A DNA stretch of 44,499 nucleotides from Macrostomum lignano (lineage: Eukaryota), in NCBI GenBank assembly GCA_002269645.1, contig NIVC01004485.1, positions 1 to 44,499 of the forward strand, read 5' to 3'. Each line of letters opens with the position of its first letter. Positions within the stretch are counted from its first letter, which is position 1. The translations under genes were made by a program, and so were the position numbers. Below the pieces are notes generated by a model. That model was not told the DNA's origin and did not search any database. It saw only the letters and a program-made list of their open reading frames with translations. Shown here piece after piece: positions 43,733 to 44,499 of the stretch.

Positions 43733-44499
43733 GGCCGCGGAGAGGCCAGAGCTGCTTCAGTCGGGAGGGCGGTGAGCTGTGCGCTGGCAGCGGCAGCTTA
43801 GCAAAACCCGCATCAGCTCAGCCCTCATTGGCTGCATGCCGAAGTGCGAGCCAAAGCAGCCAATTCGATCTCGCGTTCCCACGAGGCAGTCCTCAATATC
43901 CTCAACATCCTCTTTGCTTCATTTTATTGCCTATGGCCAGCGTGCCTTCATCTCCGATTCCGCTAATTTATCTGCGCATGTTTCACAGCCTTCAGCTTCT
44001 CCGCTCGCAACTCTATTGGCCTCTTTACAAGCACTTTTTCACTGCCACTTTCTTGCTTGTGCTTTGTTCCAGCAGTTTTTTACAAAAGCGAGTCTCGGAT
44101 CTCTCGACATCCCTCTCAAAATCCAGTAAATCTAAAACCTTTGCTCCGCAGTCACAGCAGCTCTGTACTGAAAAATTTACTCTGTACTCTTGGTATAAAG
44201 TACAGTTACGAGCTACCAAGGGATAATTCGTGGCGTCATTAGTGTTGCGCACCTCTCAAACAAAACTCTAGTTACCAGCCCTTCAGGCTGTTGAGATGTT
44301 CAACGTAAAACAACCAAAAAATCGTCGGGATCTGGCTTGATGATTCGATAGTTATTACCGATTAAATAGTTTATTCTTGGTCCTTAACGCGAAACAGCAA
44401 CCTTGCCGAGCCATTGTGCAATGGACCGAAATTTCTGCTCGCAGAACTCAAACTTGCCTCGACTAAGAATTGACCGTTGCTGGATAGATTAACCGTGTT

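Overview
Eukaryotic (invertebrate animal) genomic DNA: intron-containing GC-rich host genes with minisatellite-packed introns. The style is reminiscent of a flatworm such as Macrostomum, but that is only an impression. Bases 1-21448 are the right-hand ~16 kb of an AT-rich endogenous Polinton/Maverick-type virus (polintovirus/'adintovirus'); its left end is outside the window. It encodes an OTU-containing protein-primed PolB, major and minor jelly-roll capsid proteins, an A32-like packaging ATPase, an adenain-like protease, a repeat-shaft fibre with two putative glycan-binding domains, a restriction-endonuclease-like protein and a parvovirus-type PLA2 fused to an RVE integrase. It ends in CTACTACT, preceded by a 25+45 bp perfect fold-back. 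This copy looks defective: about 11 lesions, including a young CsRn1-like Ty3/gypsy retrotransposon (identical 174-bp LTRs, CCCT target duplication) inserted in the ATPase. The rest of the window holds a decayed gypsy RT fragment, a TSD-flanked LOA-like non-LTR element lacking endonuclease and RT, a multi-exon SUSD2/Mesh-like gene (AMOP, VWD-like, Sushi) and a class A peptide-type GPCR gene (both on the minus strand), and many tandem repeats. All family assignments come from motif recognition by eye; no database searches were run.
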